Under the pieces are notes generated by a model. The model saw nothing but the letters and a program-made list of their open reading frames with translations. It made no database searches and had not been told where the DNA came from. A program made the position numbers and the translations under genes. From NCBI GenBank assembly GCA_036502405.1, contig DASXYP010000031.1:21799-85798 (forward strand): a stretch of DNA of 64,000 bases. Direction: 5' to 3'. Source of the DNA: Acidimicrobiia bacterium (GTDB lineage Bacteria; Actinomycetota; Acidimicrobiia; IMCC26256; JAENVU01). Shown here piece by piece: positions 44,048 through 51,429 of this stretch (its first letter is position 1; each line of letters opens with the position of its first letter).

Positions 44048-45377
44048 TCGTCGGGCGGCCGGCGGGGTCGAGCGAGATCGGCGAGAAGTAGAGCAGCCGG
44101 CTGTTGGGGTATCCGACGAGCGGCTCCTGGTAGGCGTGGTACGCCAGCCACCAATTCCCCGCGGTGTCGGTGAAGACCTCTCCCCCGCCGGGTCCGGCCG
44201 CTCCGGCGCGCGAGGCGAGGATCGGGTTGTGCGAGTCCGCGGTGCACGGCCCGGCCGGACTCGAGCACCGCGCGACCCCTTCGGCGTAGTGCTCACCGTT
44301 CCAGTCGTTCCCCGAGTAGAAGAGCCAGTAGGTCGAGCCGTTGCGCAACATGCTCGGCGCCTCGACGTTGCCGTTCTCCCAGCGCTGCGTCGATGCGAGC
44401 AGCAGCGAGGAGGGGCCGGAGAAGGTGCGGCCGTCGGGAGCCAGCGGGCGGCTCCACAGGCGCGCGGGCCGTTCGGTCTTGTAGAGCAGGTGGGCATTGC
44501 CGTTGGCGTCGACGAACGGGCTGGGATCGATCGCTCCGCTGTCGCCGCATTCGAGCGGGCCCGACGACCCGTCGAGGAAGGGCCCGCCCGGCCCCGAGCC
44601 GACCGCCACCGTGAGGCACTGCCTCCCGGTCGAGGCCTGGCGCACGGTGTAGAAGAGCAGCGCACCGTCGGCGCGCGGCAGGACGGCGGGAGACCACACG
44701 CTTCCCGGGAGTGCCCACGACGGGATGTTCGCGAGCGCGTTCCCATCCAGCTCCCAGTGGTCCAGGGCGGTGCCGCGCGCCTCCTGCACCGCGCCACCGG
44801 CCGCGTTGGTCGCGTAGGCGAAGTACTGGTTCCCGGCCCGGACCACGAACGGGTCCGCGAAGTCGAACGCCAGCACCGGCGGGCGCTCTCCGGCCGGCGT
44901 GAGCGCGCTCTGGCACGCCGGCGCGACCGCGCGCAGGAACGCGGTCGCCGCGATGGTGTTCAGGGTGCGGGTGGCGTCGAGCGCCTGCCGCACCCCCCTG
45001 AGGCACGTCTCGACGGTCGCACGCCGAGCCGTCTGCGAACCCAGCGTCTCCCGCGAGTGCGCGAGCACCTCCCTCGCCTTCACCAGGAATGCGTCGGTGA
45101 GGGTGACGTCCGCGTTCGCGTCCACGAGGTCACGTGCGAGGGCCTTGCCGTAGACCCCCGCCGCGGAGAGCTTGCGCCGCTGGTCGGTGACGCCGGCGCG
45201 GGTCACGGCCAGCGTGGTCCGCTGGGCCTGCTCGACCTGCTGGGCCTGGTGCAGCCGGTGCTGCTCGCGGATCCCGGACGTCACCCCGACGACGAGCGCC
45301 CCGACGAGGAGCACCGCGCCGGCGACGAGCAGGGCGCGCCGCCGACCGGGGCTCACGAGATCCCCGCGGCTCGGCAC
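44037..45377 (-). CDS. membrane-anchored GH43-like five-bladed beta-propeller protein with N-terminal helical module
   Basis: 446 aa. It has an N-terminal TM segment and a roughly 150-aa helical region containing a Cys pair. This is followed by a GH43-like core (FADPFVVRAGNQYFAYATN...GAIDPSPFVDANGNAHLLYK...NVEAPSMLRNGSTYWLFYSGNDW...). Confidence 0.75.
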   Translation of the reverse strand: MPSRGDLVSPGRRRALLVAGAVLLVGALVVGVTSGIREQHRLHQAQQVEQAQRTTLAVTRAGVTDQRRKLSAAGVYGKALARDLVDANADVTLTDAFLVKAREVLAHSRETLGSQTARRATVETCLRGVRQALDATRTLNTIAATAFLRAVAPACQSALTPAGERPPVLAFDFADPFVVRAGNQYFAYATNAAGGAVQEARGTALDHWELDGNALANIPSWALPGSVWSPAVLPRADGALLFYTVRQASTGRQCLTVAVGSGPGGPFLDGSSGPLECGDSGAIDPSPFVDANGNAHLLYKTERPARLWSRPLAPDGRTFSGPSSLLLASTQRWENGNVEAPSMLRNGSTYWLFYSGNDWNGEHYAEGVARCSSPAGPCTADSHNPILASRAGAAGPGGGEVFTDTAGNWWLAYHAYQEPLVGYPNSRLLYFSPISLDPAGRPTISS

Positions 45378-45784
45378 GGGCCGTCGACCGCCTGCAGGCT
45401 CCCGAGCGCGCCGGTGTCCCCGACCGCGAGCTGGTTGAGGGCCCGTGACACCCCGGTGAGGCAGGTGCCGAGGTTGTTGGCCTGCGCGCCGGAGGTGAAC
45501 GCGCCGACGTCGGCTGCGGTCGTGTCGGCGCGCGCCCGGTCGAGCTCGGTGTGCATGGCCGCGGCGAGCGCCCGCACGCCGTCGCGCTGACCCTGGAGCA
45601 CCGCGTTGTGCTCGTCGGCGCCGGCGCGCCGGTCCGTGACCCGGTGCAGCAGGGCCAGTGCGTCACCGGTCTCGCGGGTCAGCACCAGCACCGAGTGCTC
45701 CGCGTCCCGGCGGTCGTGACGGAGCCAGAGCCACCGTCCGGTCACGACGACGAGCGCGAGCACGCAGAGCGCACTCGCGACCAT
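45353..45784 (-). CDS. hypothetical membrane-anchored helical protein, paralogous to the N-terminal module of the downstream GH43-like protein
   Basis: This is the distal 143 codons of ORF 45353..45976 (MVASALCVLALVVVTGRWLW...). Its C-terminal LGTCLTGVSRALNQLAVGDTGALGSLQAVDGPCRAA aligns with VETCLRGVRQALDATRTLNTIAATAFLRAVAPACQSA of the next gene. The two genes overlap by 25 nt. Confidence 0.5.
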   Translation of the reverse strand: MVASALCVLALVVVTGRWLWLRHDRRDAEHSVLVLTRETGDALALLHRVTDRRAGADEHNAVLQGQRDGVRALAAAMHTELDRARADTTAADVGAFTSGAQANNLGTCLTGVSRALNQLAVGDTGALGSLQAVDGPCRAAGIS

Positions 45785-45827
45785 CCACCGGGTCCGACTC
45801 CTGCCCACCGAGACCAACGTGGTCAGC

Positions 45828-46493
45828 CTACCGAGGCCGCGCGCTTCCGAACGCGCGCGCGTAGCCGGATACCGACGCGGGCACCGGGACGTTTGCCGGC
45901 ACCGCGGCGTCGACGATCGGCGGGCCGGGCACGGTGGCGAGCGGGATCTGCCCGGCCCAGATCGGTAAGCCGACATCGTCGGCCTCGTCGTCGGGCGGGC
46001 CGACGCGCACCTTGGCCGACACCTCGTCGAGCCCGACGGCGGTGACGAGGGTCTGGCGCAGCTCGCCGTCGTTGGGGGGCCGCACCGTCTCCCAGTGGCC
46101 CGGGACGACGTGGTCCATGATCGCCCGGAACGCGGTCATCCGCTCCTGCGCCTCCGTCACCGGACGGGCATGACCCTGGATCACGACCGACCGGTAGTTC
46201 ATCGACATGTTGAACGCGGAGCGGGCGAGCACGATCCCGTCGACGATCGTGACGGTGACGCAGACCGGGTCGCCGGTCTTGAGTGCCCGCATCATCCGGC
46301 TGGCGGTGGAGCCGTGCACGTAGAGGGTGTCGCCGACCCGGGCGTACGCCATCGGGATCACGACCGGAGCGCCCCGGTGCACGATGCCGACGTGGGCCAC
46401 GACCCCGGCGTCGAGCACGGCCGCGACCGTCTCCGCGTCGTACCGGGCCTGCTCCGGAAGGCGACGAACGGTGCTGCGAGGGCTGAACGGCAT
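45828..46493 (-). CDS. pyridoxamine 5'-phosphate oxidase-like FMN-binding split-barrel family protein
   Basis: ATG 46493 inside ORF 45828..46544 (MPFSPRSTVRRLPEQARYDAETVAAVLDAGVVAHVGIVHRGAPVVIPMAYARVGDTLYVHGS...). Confidence 0.75.
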   Translation of the reverse strand: MPFSPRSTVRRLPEQARYDAETVAAVLDAGVVAHVGIVHRGAPVVIPMAYARVGDTLYVHGSTASRMMRALKTGDPVCVTVTIVDGIVLARSAFNMSMNYRSVVIQGHARPVTEAQERMTAFRAIMDHVVPGHWETVRPPNDGELRQTLVTAVGLDEVSAKVRVGPPDDEADDVGLPIWAGQIPLATVPGPPIVDAAVPANVPVPASVSGYARAFGSARPR

Positions 46494-46603
46494 CGGGGGA
46501 GTCTCGCAGGACGCAACTCCGATTGAAGTGCAGGCCCCGTCCATGCCGATACCCGGAGGGAGCGCACCGCCTGCGCCACGACCGCCCGAAGGACCGACTG
46601 GGA

Positions 46604-47188
46604 ATGACCGACGACCGCCTGACGGAACGGGCTGCGGGCCTGAGCGCCCGCGGTCGCGCCGACGCGGCGGGTCGGCACCGTCATCCCGCGTCGTCAGCCC
46701 GGGCGATCAGCGGCATCGCCGCGGCCGCGGCGACGATCGGTCTCGTCGCGGTGATCTTCGCGGGTGCCCCGGTCGCGGCCGACCCGACGGCCGTGCCCGC
46801 GACCGTGCCCGCCGGATCCGCGCTCGCGGCCGGATCGGGATCGACCCGGCCGCCCTCGGGCGCCCCTCCGGCGCCGGATCCGAACGGAGCGCTCCCGGCG
46901 ACGACCGCGGGGTCGGCGACCGCTGGTGCCACCCCGGCCGCCGGAGCGCTCGCGGCGGTGGGCACCGCCGGCGAAGGCGCAGCCCCGACCGGCGACGCGG
47001 CGGCCGCTCCCCGATCGGCACCCCCACCGGCATCGGCCGCGGCGGCACCACGCCCGAGCGCGCCGGTCAGTCCGCCGCCCGTGACCGCCGCTCCCCCGGC
47101 CCCGGCCGCTCCCCCCGTGACGACGCCACCGGCGACGTCACCGCCTCCTCCGCCGCCGCCACCCCCACCGGTGACCGGGGGCAGCTGA
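46604..47188 (+). CDS. Ala/Pro/Gly-rich single-pass membrane protein (low complexity)
   Basis: ATG 46604 (AAGGA RBS) inside ORF 46523..47188. It has one TM segment (ISGIAAAAATIGLVAVIFAG), then about 150 aa of A/P/G/T low complexity ending in a poly-Pro run. Its stop overlaps the apbE start (TGATG). Confidence 0.45.
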   Translation: MTDDRLTERAAGLSARGRADAAGRHRHPASSARAISGIAAAAATIGLVAVIFAGAPVAADPTAVPATVPAGSALAAGSGSTRPPSGAPPAPDPNGALPATTAGSATAGATPAAGALAAVGTAGEGAAPTGDAAAAPRSAPPPASAAAAPRPSAPVSPPPVTAAPPAPAAPPVTTPPATSPPPPPPPPPPVTGGS

Positions 47189-48117
47189 TGACGACCGCGA
47201 CCGCGCCGACCTGGTCCGACGTCCGCTTCCCCGCGATGGGGAGCACCGCGCGGCTGCTCGTGCTCGGCGGTCCGCCCGACCTTCCCGAGCGGGCGCGGGC
47301 CCGCCTCGCCTGGCTGGAAGCCCGATGGTCCCGCTTCGAGCCGACGAGCGACGTCTCGCGCGTGAACGCGGCCGGCGGCCGACCCGTCGTGGTCTCACCG
47401 GAGACGTTCGAGGTCGTCGCGCTCGCGATCGACTGCTGGCGCGCGACCGCCGGCGCCTTCGACCCGACGGTCCTCGACGCGCTCGAACGCGTGGGATACG
47501 ACCGGGACTTCGCGGCGGTCGGGTCGTCGACCGTGGACCGGGAGGTCCCGGCTCCGGCCCGTCCGGCGCCCGGCTGCGCCGGGATCGAGCTGCTCCCGCG
47601 GCTTCCCGCGGTCCGGCTGCCGCCCGGCGTCCGGATCGATCTCGGCGGCATCGGGAAGGGCCGCGCCGCCGACCTGCTCGCGGGCGAGCTGCGCGCGGCC
47701 GGGGCCGATGGGGTCTGCGTGGACCTCGGCGGCGACGTCCGGGTCACCGGCACCGCCCCGGAGCCGGCCGGTTGGCGGGTCCTGCTCGACCGTGCAGTCG
47801 CTCCACACCCGGGGTTCCTCCTCGCCGAGGGCGGCGTGGCGACGAGCACCCGCCTGCGCCGGCGCTGGACCCGCGGTGGCACCGAGCAGCACCACCTCGT
47901 CGACCCGGCGTCGGGCGACCCCGCCCGGACCGGGCTGGCCGCGGTCACGGTCGTCGCCGCACACACGGCCGGCGCCGAGGTGCTCGCCAAGGCCGCGTTC
48001 GTCGCCGGTCCGGAGGCCGGCCCCGAGCTGCTCCGCACCCATGGCGTCACCGGCCTCCTCGTCGCCGACGACGGCTCGGTGCGGGAGCTGGCCGGTCTCG
48101 GGTCCTTCCGCGCGTGA
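47188..48117 (+). CDS. apbE: FAD:protein FMN transferase (ApbE family)
   Basis: ATG 47188 inside ORF 46327..48117 (MTTATAPTWSDVRFPAMGSTARLLVLG...FDPTVLDALERVGYDRDF...IDLGGIGKGRAADL...HHLVDPASGDP...). Confidence 0.85.
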   Translation: MTTATAPTWSDVRFPAMGSTARLLVLGGPPDLPERARARLAWLEARWSRFEPTSDVSRVNAAGGRPVVVSPETFEVVALAIDCWRATAGAFDPTVLDALERVGYDRDFAAVGSSTVDREVPAPARPAPGCAGIELLPRLPAVRLPPGVRIDLGGIGKGRAADLLAGELRAAGADGVCVDLGGDVRVTGTAPEPAGWRVLLDRAVAPHPGFLLAEGGVATSTRLRRRWTRGGTEQHHLVDPASGDPARTGLAAVTVVAAHTAGAEVLAKAAFVAGPEAGPELLRTHGVTGLLVADDGSVRELAGLGSFRA

Positions 48118-48671
48118 CCCAGCAGCTCTGGTGGTACACGGCGCGGGCCAGTGGTCTGGTCGCCTGGGTGCTGGTGACGGCTTCGGTGATCTGGGGGCTC
48201 CTGCTGTCGGTGCGGCGAATCAGCCGGCCCCGACCGGCCTGGATGCTCGACCTCCACCGCTTCCTCGGTGCTGCGGCGTTGGGGCTGGTCGCGCTCCACC
48301 TCGGGGCGCTCTCGTTCGATTCGTTCGTCGGGTTCGGCTGGCGCGACCTCTTCGTGCCGTACGCGTCGCAGTGGCGGCCCGGCGCCGTCGCGTGGGGCAT
48401 CGTCGCGCTGTACCTGGTGGTCGCGGTCGAGGTCACGTCGCTCATGATGCGATCGCTGGGGCGCCGGCTGTGGCACGCGATCCACCTGCTGAGCCTGGTG
48501 GTCTTCGTGTCGATCACGGTGCACGCGCTCGTTGCCGGTGCCGACGCGCAGGAGCCGGCACTGCGGGCGTTCGCGATCGCGTCGAGCACCGCGGTCGCCG
48601 GTTTGTGCGCGGTCCGGGTGGCGGCCCGGCGGGCGCCGCGGCAATCGGCGCCGGCGGCGGTCACGCGCTGA
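48114..48671 (+). CDS. ferric-reductase-like transmembrane (MsrQ/YedZ-type heme b) protein
   Basis: GTG 48114 inside ORF 47325..48671, overlapping the apbE stop (GTGA). It has about six hydrophobic helices with conserved His residues (LDLHRFLGAAALGLVALH, LWHAIHLLSLVVFVSITVHAL). Confidence 0.7.
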   Translation: MTQQLWWYTARASGLVAWVLVTASVIWGLLLSVRRISRPRPAWMLDLHRFLGAAALGLVALHLGALSFDSFVGFGWRDLFVPYASQWRPGAVAWGIVALYLVVAVEVTSLMMRSLGRRLWHAIHLLSLVVFVSITVHALVAGADAQEPALRAFAIASSTAVAGLCAVRVAARRAPRQSAPAAVTR

Positions 48672-50223
48672 TCGCGACCCCCGCGGCCCGCTTCAGCTCG
48701 TTGATGTCGCGGCAGCGGAGCGCGGCGGCGTCCATCGTGATCTGACCCTCGCGCACGAGCGCCCCGAGGTGCTCGTCCATCGTGTTCATGCCGAACTTCC
48801 GGCCGGCCTGGAGCATCGGGAAGACCTGATGGATCTTGCCGTCGCGGATGAGGTTCCGGATCGCCGGGGTGGCGATGAGCACCTCGGCCGCCACCGCACG
48901 TGCGGTGCCGTCGCTGGTCGGGATCAGCTGCTGGGTCACGATCCCCTGCAGGGTCGACGCGACCTGGATCCGCACCTGGCCCTGCTGCTCGGCAGGGAAC
49001 GCGTCGACGATGCGGTCGATGGTCTGGGCTGCGTCCTGGGTGTGCAGCGTCGCGAACACGAGGTGCCCCGTCTCGGCCGCGGTGACCGCGGTGGAGATCG
49101 TCTCGAGGTCACGCATCTCACCGACCAGGATGACATCGGGGTCCTGGCGCAGTGCCTGACGGAGGGCGGTCGCGAACGACGCGGTGTCGGTGCCGACGTC
49201 GCGCTGGCTCACGAGCGCCATCTTCGACTCGTGCACGAACTCGATCGGCTCTTCGATCGTGATGATGTGGCACGCCCGGTGCTGGTTGACCAGGTCGATG
49301 ATCGACGCGAGCGTCGTCGACTTGCCGGAGCCGGTCGGGCCCGTGACGAGGACGAGCCCTCGCGGGAGCTCCGAGAACAGGCGGACCGCTTCGGGGAGCC
49401 CGAGCTCCTCGAACGGCAGCACGGTGTACGGGATCTGGCGGAACGAAGCAGCCACCCCGTTGCGCTTGAGGTAGATGTTCACGCGGTAGCGCGCGATGCC
49501 GGGAACCGTGTAGTTCGTGTCGAGCTCGTGGGTGGTCTCGAACTGCTCCTGCTGGCGCTTGCTGATGATCGAGTAGACGAGCTCGCGGATCCGCGACGCG
49601 GTGAGGGCCTCGAAGTCGGTGAGCCGGTGGAGGTCGCCGAGGATGCGCACGAGCGGCGGCTGGCCCGCGGCGAGGTGGAGGTCGGAGGCGTCGATCTCCT
49701 GCACCCGCTGGAACATCCGGTGCAGCTCGGGATCGATGCCGGACCCGACCAGGTGTGCGTCGACCTCGGCGTTCTCCGGGCCGTACGCGCTCTCGATGGC
49801 CGCGAGCAGCTGCTGGCGTTCCGCGCCGGCCGGCCGGACCGTCAAGCCGGACTCGGCCTTGACGGCCGCGCTCACCTCGCCGAGCGCGGTGTGGTCGGCC
49901 GGATCCGCGAACGCGATGACGACCACGTCGTCGTACGTCTCGACACCGATCGCCGAGAACTTCCGCGCCAGTGCCTCGGGGACCGCGTGCGCCGCCGCGG
50001 GCTGGACCGCGATCTCGTCGAAGTCGACGAAGTCCATGCCGAGCGCGAAGCACAGCGCCGCGGCCAGGTCCTTCGGGCCGACCAGGCCGCGCTGGAGCAG
50101 GATCGTCGGGAGGGGCAGGTTGGCCCGCGCCGACTCGTCGATCGCATCCTCCAGCACGTCCGGGGACAGGACGTGGCGCTCGACGAGCGACTCTCCGAAC
50201 TGGCGGGCCTGGCTCTTCAGCAT
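48661..50223 (-). CDS. pilT: PilT-type (type IV pilus retraction / T2SS-E superfamily) ATPase with N-terminal T2SSE_N-like domain
   Basis: From ORF 48661..50286, started at ATG 50223. The ATPase core has Walker A (GPTGSGKST), Walker B (VILVGEMRD) and a His box (TGHLVFATLHT). The N-terminal roughly 190 aa resemble the GspE/PilB N-terminal domain (...ILLQRGLVGPKDLAAALCFALGMDFVDF...). Confidence 0.85.
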   Translation of the reverse strand: MLKSQARQFGESLVERHVLSPDVLEDAIDESARANLPLPTILLQRGLVGPKDLAAALCFALGMDFVDFDEIAVQPAAAHAVPEALARKFSAIGVETYDDVVVIAFADPADHTALGEVSAAVKAESGLTVRPAGAERQQLLAAIESAYGPENAEVDAHLVGSGIDPELHRMFQRVQEIDASDLHLAAGQPPLVRILGDLHRLTDFEALTASRIRELVYSIISKRQQEQFETTHELDTNYTVPGIARYRVNIYLKRNGVAASFRQIPYTVLPFEELGLPEAVRLFSELPRGLVLVTGPTGSGKSTTLASIIDLVNQHRACHIITIEEPIEFVHESKMALVSQRDVGTDTASFATALRQALRQDPDVILVGEMRDLETISTAVTAAETGHLVFATLHTQDAAQTIDRIVDAFPAEQQGQVRIQVASTLQGIVTQQLIPTSDGTARAVAAEVLIATPAIRNLIRDGKIHQVFPMLQAGRKFGMNTMDEHLGALVREGQITMDAAALRCRDINELKRAAGVAISA

Positions 50224-50346
50224 TGCGGTCGTGCTCCTCTGGACCGGGGGGTGCGCAGAGGTTTCTTCGGCACGTGATGGGGCCACCAGAAGCCCTAAAT
50301 CGGGCCGGTTGCAGGGGAATTGGGGTCTCGTGACCCGGGCCGGGGC

Positions 50347-51093
50347 CTACCGGTCGTGCGCGGGCACCAGCCCCCGCCAGACGAGGGCCCCGATCAGGCC
50401 CCCGATGACGGGGAAGACGATGAACACCCACAGCTCGTCGAGCGCCCACGAGCCCTGGAACACCGCGGTGGCGATGCTCCGGGCCGGGTTGACCGACGTG
50501 TTGTCGATCGGGATGGAGATCAGGTGGATGAGCGTGAGCATGAGCCCGACCGTGAGGCCGGTGAAGCCGACGGTCATCGAGCCCCGGCTGGTGCTGGCGA
50601 TCACGAAGACGAAGATCGCGGTGAAGAAGATCTCGGCCGCGATCACGGCCCCGAGCCCGAACCCACCCGGGATGTGACCTCCGCTCAGGATCGAGCTCGG
50701 CGAGTGCGACCCGTAGCCGTTCGACGCGAACCCGGACGCCTTGGCGCTGAAGCCGTTGATGCTGTCCGCGATCAGGAAGATGACCGCGGCGCCGACGATC
50801 CCGCCGATGATCTGGCCCAGCAGGTAGAACGGCACGAGCGCGCCCTCGGTCTTCTTGATGGCCCAGAGACCGATCGTCACCGCGGGGTTGATGTGGCATC
50901 CCGAGATCGAGCCGATCGCGTAGGCCGCGCACAGGAGGCTGAGCCCGAACGCGAGCGCGACCCCGAGCACGCCGACCGTGCTGTGCGGGCCGGCGAACGA
51001 GCCGGTGGCCAGGATCGCGGTCCCGGGACCTCCGACGACCAGGATCATCGTGCCGATTCCCTCGGCCAGCGCGATACGAACGCGATCTTGCAT
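50347..51093 (-). CDS. aqpZ: aquaporin (MIP family, AqpZ-like)
   Basis: 248 aa. Both NPA boxes are present (GCHINPAVT and SVNPARS). Confidence 0.9.
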   Translation of the reverse strand: MQDRVRIALAEGIGTMILVVGGPGTAILATGSFAGPHSTVGVLGVALAFGLSLLCAAYAIGSISGCHINPAVTIGLWAIKKTEGALVPFYLLGQIIGGIVGAAVIFLIADSINGFSAKASGFASNGYGSHSPSSILSGGHIPGGFGLGAVIAAEIFFTAIFVFVIASTSRGSMTVGFTGLTVGLMLTLIHLISIPIDNTSVNPARSIATAVFQGSWALDELWVFIVFPVIGGLIGALVWRGLVPAHDR

Positions 51094-51181
51094 CGTGCAC
51101 CTCCCCCGCTTGGGTGTCGGTGCAAATGCTAGAGACCGGTCGCTCCCCGCCGTCGGATGCTCGCCGGCAGCGCGACCGCGC

Positions 51182-51367
51182 TCAGTGCGGCGCCGCGCCG
51201 GAGCAGCGCGCGCAGCGCACGGTGACGCCGTGGGCCGCGGGCTCTGACACGTCGCGGTCGCACTCGGGACAAAACGTATCGGCGAGCACCGAGCCCAAGG
51301 AGCGCAGCGAACAGGGCCGGACCGCGACGTCGACGACGCCGGACGGAGGCACGATCGTCGTATCCAC
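51182..51367 (-). CDS. possible small zinc-ribbon protein (61 aa) downstream of the GSDEF-EAL gene
   Basis: These are the last 61 codons of ORF 51182..52297, from GTG 51367 (VDTTIVPPSGVVDVAVRPCSLRSLGSVLADTFCPECDRD...VRCARCSGAAPH). They contain CPEC and CARC pairs and have fair GC3. The rest of that ORF is a shadow of the GSDEF-EAL gene. Confidence 0.3.
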   Translation of the reverse strand: MDTTIVPPSGVVDVAVRPCSLRSLGSVLADTFCPECDRDVSEPAAHGVTVRCARCSGAAPH

Positions 51368-51429
51368 CGGACCCAGGGTCCCGCGCGGCGGGTTGCGGGA
51401 CGTTCGCAGTTCCGTGAACGGCGCGCGAA

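Noticed and set aside
46700-47185. Repetitive-looking GC-rich DNA (runs of GCC/GCG/CCG and a CCGCCGCCGCCACCCCCACCG stretch) that could be mistaken for a tandem repeat or array.
   Set aside because: It has no regular period and no repeat-spacer structure. It reads as Ala/Pro/Gly low complexity in the frame that is translationally coupled to apbE. I treat it as coding low complexity.
46604-47188. Possible degenerate flavinylation motifs (GSAT, AGAT within ATTAGSATAGATPAAG) in the A/P-rich protein upstream of apbE.
   Set aside because: The canonical acceptor context ([ST]-G-A-[ST] within a folded FMN-binding domain, usually preceded by Asp) is not met. Such tetrapeptides are expected by chance in A/G/T-rich low complexity.
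50040-50223. Possible MshEN-type c-di-GMP binding motif in the PilT-like N-terminus (QFGESLVERHVLSPDVLEDAIDES), given the nearby GSDEF-EAL gene.
   Set aside because: The hydrophobic spacing fits, but the key Arg, Gly and Gln positions of the RLGxx(L/V)(L/V)xxG(L/I)(L/I)xxxxLxxxLxxQ consensus are replaced (Q, H, S). This is not sufficient to claim c-di-GMP binding.
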